From Dickeya solani IPO 2222 (GTDB lineage Bacteria; Pseudomonadota; Gammaproteobacteria; Enterobacterales; Enterobacteriaceae): a DNA stretch of 32,000 nt. How positions within the stretch are numbered: the first letter of the stretch is position 1; every line of letters begins with the position of its first letter. The notes below the pieces were generated by a model that ran no database searches, was not told the DNA's origin, and saw only the letters and a list, made by a program, of their open reading frames with translations. Both the position numbers and the translations under genes were made by a program. Location: contig NZ_CP015137.1 of the NCBI RefSeq assembly GCF_001644705.1, positions 3,780,001-3,812,000 on the forward strand, given 5' to 3'. This document shows positions 8,969 through 19,328 of this stretch, piece by piece.

Positions 8969-9096
8969 GAAAGCGTCTGCCAGCGGATGGAGGTGAATGG
9001 ATAACGGCGTTGATTATCTCCCCTTCCGCTGTGGCTGGTATTATCAAATCAGGACGATGTTTGTCGAAATAAAGACAGGTGAGCAATAAAGCCAAA

Positions 9097-9753
9097 TCAC
9101 CCCTGCGTGTTTTTCTTCAACGCGTCGTACAGTCGCACCAGTTCGGCCAGCGAGTCGGCGTTCATCTTGCGCATCACCGCCGCGCGCCGCACTTTTACCG
9201 TTACCTCGCTGACGCCGAGCTGTGCGGCGATCTGCTTGTTCAGTTGCCCGGTCACCACCTGTTCCAGCACCTGCTGTTCGCCGGCGGTCAGGCTGTCGTG
9301 GCACGCCTGTAGTCTGGTCTGAATATCGGCCTGACGGCGTTGTTCGCCATCCCGTTCCAGCCCTTTCCGGATGGCGTCGAGCAGGTCCTGCTCACGAAAC
9401 GGTTTGGTCAGAAATTCCAGCGCGCCCGCTTTCATGGCGCGTACCGACATCGGAATGTCGCCGTGGGCGGTAATAAAAATCACCGGCAGCGTGATGCCGT
9501 GGCGGTGCATGTCATCCTGAAAATCCAGCCCGCTCATGCCCGGCATGCGCACGTCCAGAATCAGGCAGCCCGGCCGGTCAGGGCGGGGCGCGCCGATAAA
9601 CTGCTGCGGCGACTCGAAGGCCTGGCTCTCCAGCCCGACCGACGCCAGCAGGTCTTCCAGCGCGGCCCGCACCGAGGCGTCATCATCGACGATATAAATT
9701 ATCGGCGCCGGTTCATTCAGCGGCGGGTGTTCATTCAGAAGGGTGTCGGTCAT
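9097..9753 (-). CDS. Response regulator, REC domain plus LuxR/FixJ-type HTH
   Basis: 218 aa. The receiver has IYIVDDD, LILDVRMPGMSGLD and ITAHGD. The C-terminal HTH is LTAGEQQVLEQVVTGQLNKQIAAQLGVSEVTVKVRRAAVMRKM. It overlaps the kinase stop through ATGA. Confidence 0.9.
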   Translation of the reverse strand: MTDTLLNEHPPLNEPAPIIYIVDDDASVRAALEDLLASVGLESQAFESPQQFIGAPRPDRPGCLILDVRMPGMSGLDFQDDMHRHGITLPVIFITAHGDIPMSVRAMKAGALEFLTKPFREQDLLDAIRKGLERDGEQRRQADIQTRLQACHDSLTAGEQQVLEQVVTGQLNKQIAAQLGVSEVTVKVRRAAVMRKMNADSLAELVRLYDALKKNTQG

Positions 9754-10817
9754 GGTGCTTTTTTTTCCGTCCCCGGCAGGGTGAAGTAAAACGTGGCGCC
9801 GTCGTCGGTATTGGCGCAGGCCCAGATCCGGCCGCCGTGGGTTTCGATAATCGAGCGGCTGATGGTCAGGCCCATGCCCATGCCGGTCGATTTGGTGGTG
9901 AAAAAGGTATCGAACAGTCGTTCGCTTTCTTCCGGTTTGAACCCGACGCCCTGATCGCAGACCGCAAAGCGGATATCACCGTTTTTATCGCGATCCACGG
10001 TGACCGATAGCGCACGTTGTTCGGTATTGGCGGCGTCGATGGCATCCACTGCATTCAGGATCAGGTTCATCAGTACCTGCTGAATCTGGATTTTGTCCGC
10101 CAGAATCGGCGGGAGCCCTTCCGTCACGTTGAGGCTAAACAGAATACGCTGTTGCATCAGTTCGGTGCGAATCAACAGCAGCATTTCGTCGATGGTATCG
10201 GTGATGTTCAGCCATGCCTTGTGCGGGGGCGTGCGGCTGGCGAACCCACGGATGCGGGCGATGATTTCGCTGGCGCGGTTGGCGTCGCTGATGATGCGCT
10301 GTACCGCCAGTTCCGCGCGCGCCTGATTGGCCGGCGTGGCGTTGAGCCAGCGCAGGCAGGCGTTGCCGCTGGTGACGATAGAGGCCAGCGGCTGGTTGAC
10401 CTCATGGGCGATCGACGCGGTCAGTTCACCCATCAGGTTTACGCGGGAGATTTGCGCCAACTGGGCGCGCGCTTCATGAAACGCGTTGATGGCGGCCGAC
10501 ATTTTTAACGCCAGATAGGTCGACAGCGTGATCGCCAGCAGGCTGATGCCGCAGTTGATCAGGCTGGATTCGCTGCCGTCGGGCTTGCTGAGCTTATAGC
10601 TGAGCAGCGTCAGCACGATGCACAGCGCCGCGATGGCGCTCACGCCGCGCGGGGTCAGAAAGCGCACCGCCAGCAGCACGATGGCAATCTGGAACACGCC
10701 CACCGCGATTTCCAGATCGGTGAGGGTATCGATCACCGCGATACCCACCGCCATCAGCACCAGCGGAATTACCCGCAACGTCGCGGCAGCGTGGCCGACG
10801 CGTGTTTTCTCACTCAT
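9750..10817 (-). CDS. Membrane histidine kinase with four hydrophobic segments followed directly by HisKA and HATPase domains, and no recognisable sensor domain
   Basis: I take the start as MSEKTRVG (ATG at 10817), which does not overlap the upstream ATPase gene. The H-box is SIAHEVNQPL. The N box is LMNLILNAVDA. The G boxes are DQGVGF and GMGMGL. The track ORF extends to 10937. Confidence 0.8.
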   Translation of the reverse strand: MSEKTRVGHAAATLRVIPLVLMAVGIAVIDTLTDLEIAVGVFQIAIVLLAVRFLTPRGVSAIAALCIVLTLLSYKLSKPDGSESSLINCGISLLAITLSTYLALKMSAAINAFHEARAQLAQISRVNLMGELTASIAHEVNQPLASIVTSGNACLRWLNATPANQARAELAVQRIISDANRASEIIARIRGFASRTPPHKAWLNITDTIDEMLLLIRTELMQQRILFSLNVTEGLPPILADKIQIQQVLMNLILNAVDAIDAANTEQRALSVTVDRDKNGDIRFAVCDQGVGFKPEESERLFDTFFTTKSTGMGMGLTISRSIIETHGGRIWACANTDDGATFYFTLPGTEKKAP

Positions 10818-10864
10818 CGTCAAGAACCCTTTTCTGTGTCGCTCCCGCTGCCGGCGGCGCGTGG

Positions 10865-12190
10865 TTACGACGGGTTTTCCAGGCTGAACTGGTCGTGGGT
10901 TTCGTCGTAGGCGAACAGTTCCGCGTAACGTCCCCATTGCGTGACCGAATTCAGGGTCTGCGCCGCGTCGATTTCCGACATGAAATCCTCCAGTTCGTCA
11001 CGAAAGCGGCGGGCTGGGGCGGTGCGTGACGAACGCTCGTCCAGCACCCGCCGGATGTGCGCGACCAGAGGCACGTAATTTAACAAATGCTGGGCAAACA
11101 ACTGTTTACGTTCGTCCACGCTGGCGTTGGCGTAGCGACCGGCGGCGGGCAGCAGCCGGATGTCGCCGCCCTGCAATTCGGCGAACCGCAGCAATTGCAG
11201 GATCTCCGCCACTGGGAACAGTTCATCGGCGGTGTACTGCAACGCGTTGGCCAGCTCCGGCAGGTCGGCTTTGCCGTCATACGGCGCGGCGTGTACCGCC
11301 TCGATCAGGCCGGCCAGCGAGTTGGTGGACACCAGCGGCAGTACCATGCCCAGCCCGGAGCCGGGGAAAATCCCCTGCCGCGCGGCGCCCGCGCTGTTAT
11401 CTGAGGTCATTTTAACGTAAATGTCTTCAACCAGCGCGCGAAACGCCGGATCCTGACGGTTGCGCGGCTGCGGCAGGTCGACGCGGATTTCGCAGGCCAC
11501 CCGGCCGGGATTGATGGAGAACAGGATGATGCGATCGCACATCAGCACCGCTTCTTCGATATTGTGCGTCACCATCAGGATGGACTTGATCGGCATTCTG
11601 CCTTCGCCCCACAGGTCCAGCAGGTCGGTGCGCAGGGTTTCGGCGGTCAGCACGTCCAGCGCGGAAAACGGCTCGTCCATCAGCAGGATGTCCGGGTCCA
11701 CCACCAGCGCGCGCGCCAGCCCGACGCGTTGACGCATCCCGCCGGACAACTCCTTGGGATAGGCGTTCTCAAAGCCGTCGAGGCCGATCAGGTCGATGGC
11801 CGCCAGCGCCCGTTTACGGCGTTGCTCCACCGGTACGTTTTGCGCTTCCAGCCCGACTTCGACGTTTTGCTGTACCGTCAGCCAGGGAAACAGGGCGAAA
11901 CTCTGGAACACCATGCTGACGGTTGTCGGCCTGCCGTCAGGCCCCGGTGGAAAATCCACCTGGCCGGCGCTCGGCGTGAGCAGCCCGGCGATCGAGCGCA
12001 GCAGGGTCGACTTGCCGGAACCGGAGCGACCAAGCAACCCGACGATCTCGTTGTTGTCTAACGTCAGATTGACGTCGTCCAGCACCAGCCGTTCGGCGCT
12101 GCCGGGTTTGCCATACAGATGCCGGACGTGCTGCACGTTCACCAGGCAGTGTTGTTGATGGGCCAGACCGCTCGGTTGATCAATAGTCAT
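10865..12190 (-). CDS. ABC transporter ATP-binding protein (NitT/TauT-like) with a C-terminal extension of about 180 aa
   Basis: ATG at 12190 is preceded by GGAGAAC. Walker A is GRSGSGKST, the signature is LSGGMRQR, Walker B is ILLMDEPFSALD and the H-loop is MVTHN. The polypeptide continues well past the cassette (SDNSAGAARQG to the C-terminus). I believe this is the AAA-associated C-terminal domain family, but that is unverified. Confidence 0.8.
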   Translation of the reverse strand: MTIDQPSGLAHQQHCLVNVQHVRHLYGKPGSAERLVLDDVNLTLDNNEIVGLLGRSGSGKSTLLRSIAGLLTPSAGQVDFPPGPDGRPTTVSMVFQSFALFPWLTVQQNVEVGLEAQNVPVEQRRKRALAAIDLIGLDGFENAYPKELSGGMRQRVGLARALVVDPDILLMDEPFSALDVLTAETLRTDLLDLWGEGRMPIKSILMVTHNIEEAVLMCDRIILFSINPGRVACEIRVDLPQPRNRQDPAFRALVEDIYVKMTSDNSAGAARQGIFPGSGLGMVLPLVSTNSLAGLIEAVHAAPYDGKADLPELANALQYTADELFPVAEILQLLRFAELQGGDIRLLPAAGRYANASVDERKQLFAQHLLNYVPLVAHIRRVLDERSSRTAPARRFRDELEDFMSEIDAAQTLNSVTQWGRYAELFAYDETHDQFSLENPS

Positions 12191-12200
12191 GATGTTCTCC

Positions 12201-13955
12201 TTAACCGAGACGCAGGCGGCGTTCGGCAAATTGGTACAGGGGGCGCCACAGCAGGCGATTAAAGGCGATCACAAATACCGACATCACCGCGATACCCAGC
12301 GCGACCCGCGGAAAGTCGGCCGCGGTGGTCGCATTGGCGATGTAGGCGCCAAGACCGGTCGCTTCCAGATGCTGTTTCCCCCAGGAAATGGATTCGGACA
12401 CGATGCTGGCGTTCCAGGAGCCGCCGGAAGCGGTGAGCGCGCCGGTCACGTAGTAAGGAAAAACGCCGGGCAGCGCTACCTGACGCCACCACTGCCAGCG
12501 CCGGATACCGTAAATGCGCGCGGCCTCCAGCAGGTCGGTCGGCAGGGCGGCGGCGCCGGCGATCACGTTGAACAGGATGTACCACTGGGTACCCAGCACC
12601 ATCAGCGGCGACAGCCAGATATCCGGATTGAGGTTGAAGCCGGCGATGAGGATCACCGCGAATGGAAACAGCACGTTGGCCGGAAAGGCGGCCAGAAATT
12701 GGGCCAGCGGTTGCAGGCGTTCGGCGACGCTGGGTTGCAGGCCGATCCACACGCCGATCGGCAGCCAGATGACGCTGGCCAGCGCGATCAGCACCACCAC
12801 CCGCGCCAGCGTCGCCAGCCCCATGCCGAACACCGCGATGACATCCGCCATGCCGAGCGACGCGCCGATGTATTGCACCAACTGCACCACGCCCGCCAGT
12901 ACGCCGATAATCACCAGCGCCAGCCACAGCCGGTCGGTGACCTTGCTGTAACGGGGGCCGGGCGTGTGGCGCAAAAACGGCGGCAGCCGCGGCCAGCGCA
13001 ACGCCGCCAGCGCGTGCAACGGCCAGCCAAGCACGCTGGCGATCGCCGTCGAGATGTGGGTGCGGCGGATCAGGTCGTAAACCCAGGAGCGCGGTCGTTT
13101 CTGCGACGCGGTCTGCTCGAAGCGGAACTTATCCGCCCAGGCCACCACCGGCCGGAACAGCAGTTGATCGTACAGCACAATCACCACGGTCATGGCAACG
13201 ACCGCCCAGGCGATGGCGGTCAGGTTTTCCTGCGCGATCGCCAGCGCCAGCCAGGAACCGATCCCCGGCAGGCTGACGGTGGTGTTGCCGACGGTGATCG
13301 CTTCCGACGCCACCACGAAGAACCAACCGCCGGACATCGACATCATCATGTTCCACACCAGGCCGGGGATGGCGAACGGCAACTCCAGCCGGATAAACCG
13401 CCGCCAGGGCGAGAAACCGAATTGCTGGCTGACCTCGCTCAGATCGCCGGGAAGGGTGCGCAGCGACTGGAAAAAACTGAACGCCATATTCCAGGCCTGA
13501 CTGGTGAAAATGGCGAAGATGGCCGCGCATTCCACCCCTAACTGACGGCCGGGGAACAGCCCCATGAAAAAGGTAACGGTGAAGGTCAGAAACCCCAGCA
13601 CCGGCACCGATTGCAGGATGTCCAACGCCGGGATAATCACCATTTCGGCCTTGCGACTCTTGGCGGCCAGCGTAGCGATGACCAGCGTGAACAGCAACGA
13701 TACCCCCAACGCCACGAACATGCGCAGAGTGGTGCGTAGCGCGTATTCGGGCAGCAGGGCGATATCCAGCCTGACCGGGCTGGCATCCAGAATGGAGAGC
13801 GGCAGGCTCATTTGTTCCATGCCGTACACCACCAGCGCGGCCACCAGCGCCAGCAGGGTGAAAAATAGCATGTCCGCCCGGTAGGACGGCGCGGCGTGCC
13901 GCCGGATAGGGCGCGCGGCCTTGTTAGTCATAATGCTCTGAAGTGGATGATGCAT
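12201..13955 (-). CDS. ABC transporter permease with two transmembrane domains fused in one polypeptide (NitT/TauT-like)
   Basis: I take the start as the ATG at 13955, preceded by GAGGAAAATC. Other in-frame ATGs lie at 13982 and 13931. Two EAA-loop-like segments are present: DLSEVSQQFGFSPWRRFIRLELPFAIPG and DLLEAARIYGIRRWQWWRQVALPGVFP. Confidence 0.8.
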   Translation of the reverse strand: MHHPLQSIMTNKAARPIRRHAAPSYRADMLFFTLLALVAALVVYGMEQMSLPLSILDASPVRLDIALLPEYALRTTLRMFVALGVSLLFTLVIATLAAKSRKAEMVIIPALDILQSVPVLGFLTFTVTFFMGLFPGRQLGVECAAIFAIFTSQAWNMAFSFFQSLRTLPGDLSEVSQQFGFSPWRRFIRLELPFAIPGLVWNMMMSMSGGWFFVVASEAITVGNTTVSLPGIGSWLALAIAQENLTAIAWAVVAMTVVIVLYDQLLFRPVVAWADKFRFEQTASQKRPRSWVYDLIRRTHISTAIASVLGWPLHALAALRWPRLPPFLRHTPGPRYSKVTDRLWLALVIIGVLAGVVQLVQYIGASLGMADVIAVFGMGLATLARVVVLIALASVIWLPIGVWIGLQPSVAERLQPLAQFLAAFPANVLFPFAVILIAGFNLNPDIWLSPLMVLGTQWYILFNVIAGAAALPTDLLEAARIYGIRRWQWWRQVALPGVFPYYVTGALTASGGSWNASIVSESISWGKQHLEATGLGAYIANATTAADFPRVALGIAVMSVFVIAFNRLLWRPLYQFAERRLRLG

Positions 13956-14052
13956 GATTTTCCTCGCGGTAATGTCAGGCATTAGCCGGAAAAATGTCTG
14001 GCGGCAGGCATCGTGTCATGTTCCCGCAATAATCCACGGTCGTCGCTATTGA

Positions 14053-14100
14053 TTGCCGTAAAAACACGTTGCCGTAAAAATACGCTGCCGCAATAAGACC
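14053..14100. repeat. Three tandem 16-bp direct repeats about 100-145 bp upstream of the ABC permease start
   Basis: ttgccgtaaaaacacg / ttgccgtaaaaatacg / ctgccgcaataagacc. Units 1 and 2 match at 15 of 16 positions. Unit 3 matches at about 11 of 16. Confidence 0.7.
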
Positions 14101-14560
14101 GTCGGTCGGTTTTATTCTCTGATGAATGAGGGCGAAAAATATAATAAGCGCTAAGGCGCGTCCACGATTAAAAAGTATAGGCCATCTATACCAAAGTATA
14201 TTCCGGTGAGATAACGACATGATTGAAATGATCGTTGATATATTTTTTTTGTTAATTATCAAGTTATTAATCTGTGATTGTAATGTTTGTTGAGTCGCGG
14301 TGTGGCTGATGTTTATCACTCATCAGTCGGTGGGTTGGTATTTAATGGTATTTGTTTTTACTTCTCATGAATTTTTCATGAATCCGTGGGAAATAAACGC
14401 GTCGGGAAGGAATGTGTGACGATATTTTAATTTCAGGGGGAATAAGAATCGGGCTATTGTCGCTTTGAACTGTTGCTTTGAACTTGCCGGTGGCGATGAC
14501 GCCGGTACTGCCGGAATTATCCATGCCGCAGAACGGCGTGGCCCGCCGTCGGTTTTACCT

Positions 14561-14592
14561 CATGGGCGGTGTAGAACATGGGCGGTGTAGAA
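14561..14592. repeat. Perfect 16-bp tandem duplication beside the katG terminator
   Basis: catgggcggtgtagaa occurs twice back to back (14561-14576 and 14577-14592). Confidence 0.8.
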
Positions 14593-14595
14593 AGA

Positions 14596-14620
14596 GGGCT
14601 GGCGACATGGCTGCCAGCCC
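14596..14620 (-). terminator. Candidate rho-independent terminator of katG
   Basis: Minus strand: GGGCTGGC-AGCCATGTC-GCCAGCCC followed by TCTTTCT. A second 8-bp hairpin (gccccggc/gccggggc, 14643-14667) lies immediately after the katG stop and has no T-tract. Confidence 0.5.
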
Positions 14621-14677
14621 GTTAAGCGATGTTGTCTGATGCGCCCCGGCGTAGGAAATGCCGGGGCAGAGCGATGA

Positions 14678-16891
<2,214 letters not shown>

Positions 16892-17506
16892 TCATGCTCA
16901 TGTGTCCCCATCGACCCGGCCGAAAAAACCGCCGGGTAGTGAGCTGTGGACAGGAAATTGCTCGTAATGCTCGCGTTGGGTGCTGCGCCAGTTTCTAACG
17001 CAATAAGTTAAATTTCATAGCATCGTTCTTGTTCGCCACTCCGTGGCCTGGTGCCCTTCGGTTGAAATTCACTATTTATCTTAGTCAGCGTCTGGTCAGA
17101 GATGAAATCGAATTACATGAATATTGTGATAGATGGTGGCTATTTAACCGTGAGGATTAATAAGTAAAGCAATTGTTACCGCCAGGTATGCAGGAGCGCA
17201 CGATGGCAAACCGACCGGTAGGCCGGGCCACAGAGAACAAGAGGTGTCGTCATAACACGGTACTTACGGCGCTGATGCGGCGTACGCTTTTCCGGCAGCG
17301 GTTGTTTTCAACTGTATCTTTCATTTCAATGATTAATGAATTACGTAGGAATGTTTCCTGCTTCTGTACCGCCTGCGGATGTCCTTTATAGTGCGGCCAC
17401 ACGATGAATCAATATCTTTACCCTGGGCTGCGTCCGCGAAGGCGGCGTGACAACCGTTGGCGGTGATTTCACCGCGGACGCAGCCTCATTTCAGTTGGCG
17501 CGGTTT

Positions 17507-19204
17507 ATGCTTAAAAAACATTCTGCAGGTGTGGGGGTGACCTATTTTCAGGGTCGCTTTGTTTTATTGTGTGTCGGTATCAGTGTCTGCATGGTGCTGT
17601 TGATGGCTCGCGTCGGGTATTTGCAGGTGGTGGCAAGCCTGCAGCTTGAGAAAGAGGCCAATCAGCGTTCGCTGCGCGAACTGGTGATGCAGCCGTTGCG
17701 TGGCAGCATCACCGATCGTAACGGTCACCCGCTGGCAGTCAGCGTGGCTTCCAATGACGTGGTGGCCGATCCGGTGCATGTGCTGGAGAGCGACCCGACA
17801 CTCGCCGGTGCGCAGTGGAGCGCGCTATCTACCGCATTATCGCTGCCGCTCAGCGCCATTAAAGACAAGATTCAGGAGAATGCCCACCGTCATTTTCTCT
17901 ATATCTCGCGTCAGGTTGAGGCCGGGATAGCCGACTACGTGCATCAATTGCACATTGGCGGCATCTCGACCCCGACCGATGCCAGCCGCTATTACCCGAT
18001 GAGCGACGCGGTATCCAACCTCATCGGCATCGTCGGGTTGGATGGGCAGGGGCTGGATGGTATTGAGCGGAGTTTCAACAAGCTGCTGTTGGGCAAGCCG
18101 GGGTTACGGGTTTACCGCAAAGATCGGTACGGCAACGTGGTCAGCCTGATGGCCGACGATCCGGCGCAGCAGGCGCCGACGCTGACGCTGAGCATCGACA
18201 GTTATCTGCAATTCGTTCTCTATTCGCACCTGCGTGACGGCGTACAACTGAACAAGGCTGATTCCGGGGCCGCGGTACTGATTGACGTCAACACCGGCGA
18301 GATCCTCGGCATGGCCAGTTACCCGTCCTACAACCCCAATCATTACGAAGGCGAGCCGCAGAAGAACATGCGGAATGTGGCGATGTCGGACAGTTTCGAG
18401 CCGGGGTCGACCGTTAAACCGCTGGTGGTGATGGCGGGGTTGCAACGTCATCTGATCCGGCCCGATTCAGTCATCGACACCACGCCATATCCGGTGAACG
18501 GGCACCTGATTAAAGACGTTGGGCACTGGAGCCGGCTGACCATCACCGGCATTTTGCAAAAATCCAGCGATATCGGGGTATCCCACATCGCGCTGGCGAT
18601 GCCGGCAAATGTGCTGGTCGACCTCTATCATCGCGTTGGGCTTGGCGTTGCCAGCGGGTTGGGGATCGAGGGTGAAACCAGCGGTTATTTCCCGCTGCAC
18701 CGCGAGCGGTGGTCCGACATTGAGCGCGCGACCTTTGCGTTCGGGTATGGGTTACGCGTCACGCCGCTGCAGATTGCGCGCGAGTACGCCACCATCGGCT
18801 CATTCGGTGTTTATCGCCCGGTATCCATCACCAAAGTGACGCCGCCGGTCATCGGCACCCGGGTGATCGACGAGGATGTGGCGAGGACGGTGGTACATAT
18901 GATGGAGAGCGATGCCTTGCCCGGCGGTAGCGGGGTAACGGCCGCCGTCCCCGGCTACCGTCTGGCGATTAAAACCGGTACGGCTGAGAAAATGGGGAGC
19001 GACGGCAAATACGACGGCGGTTACGTCAACTACACCGCCGGGGTGGCGCCGGCCAGCCAACCGCGGGTGGCGCTGGTGGTGATGATCAATCACCCCGACG
19101 CCGGCAAACACTTCGGCGGCTCGGTCGCCGGCCCGGTCTTCGGCCACATCATGGGGGATGTGCTGCGTCACATGGATATTCCGCCGGATGCGCTCACCCA
19201 ATAA
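17507..19204 (+). CDS. Class B penicillin-binding protein, FtsI/PBP3 paralogue (peptidoglycan D,D-transpeptidase) located outside any dcw cluster
   Basis: It is colinear with E. coli FtsI along its whole length. It has SXXK as STVK (18407-18418) and KTG (18971-18979), but the SXN box reads SSD (18563-18571). The start is uncertain. ATG 17507 gives an FtsI-like cytoplasmic tail, while GTG 17447 is the longest ORF. Both have weak SD sequences. Confidence 0.85.
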   Translation: MLKKHSAGVGVTYFQGRFVLLCVGISVCMVLLMARVGYLQVVASLQLEKEANQRSLRELVMQPLRGSITDRNGHPLAVSVASNDVVADPVHVLESDPTLAGAQWSALSTALSLPLSAIKDKIQENAHRHFLYISRQVEAGIADYVHQLHIGGISTPTDASRYYPMSDAVSNLIGIVGLDGQGLDGIERSFNKLLLGKPGLRVYRKDRYGNVVSLMADDPAQQAPTLTLSIDSYLQFVLYSHLRDGVQLNKADSGAAVLIDVNTGEILGMASYPSYNPNHYEGEPQKNMRNVAMSDSFEPGSTVKPLVVMAGLQRHLIRPDSVIDTTPYPVNGHLIKDVGHWSRLTITGILQKSSDIGVSHIALAMPANVLVDLYHRVGLGVASGLGIEGETSGYFPLHRERWSDIERATFAFGYGLRVTPLQIAREYATIGSFGVYRPVSITKVTPPVIGTRVIDEDVARTVVHMMESDALPGGSGVTAAVPGYRLAIKTGTAEKMGSDGKYDGGYVNYTAGVAPASQPRVALVVMINHPDAGKHFGGSVAGPVFGHIMGDVLRHMDIPPDALTQ

Positions 19205-19221
19205 GCCCTTGTTGTCAGCGG

Positions 19222-19245
19222 CGCCGGCAGGTGGATTGGCCGGCG
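19222..19245 (+). terminator. Weak candidate terminator after the PBP3 paralogue
   Basis: cgccggc-aggtggattg-gccggcg followed only by TT, 18 nt after the stop. Confidence 0.3.
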
Positions 19246-19328
19246 TTGGCGCGCAGTGGCTTTCATGATCTACCTCAATGAAGTGTGATATTTTTATAAA
19301 AGTTCATACGTCGGGCGGGTATGCATTT

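Noticed and set aside
13975-14319. 114-aa ORF (and the 60-aa ORF at 14342..14524) in the AT-rich region upstream of the ABC permease.
   Set aside because: The first overlaps the permease start region. Both run through AT-rich repeat DNA, lack an SD sequence and give Ile/Asn/Lys-rich low-complexity translations. They are more likely non-coding promoter DNA.
17173-17391. 72-aa ORF between katG and the PBP3 paralogue.
   Set aside because: It has no SD sequence, its composition is Arg/Cys-rich, and it lies in what is most simply a divergent promoter region.
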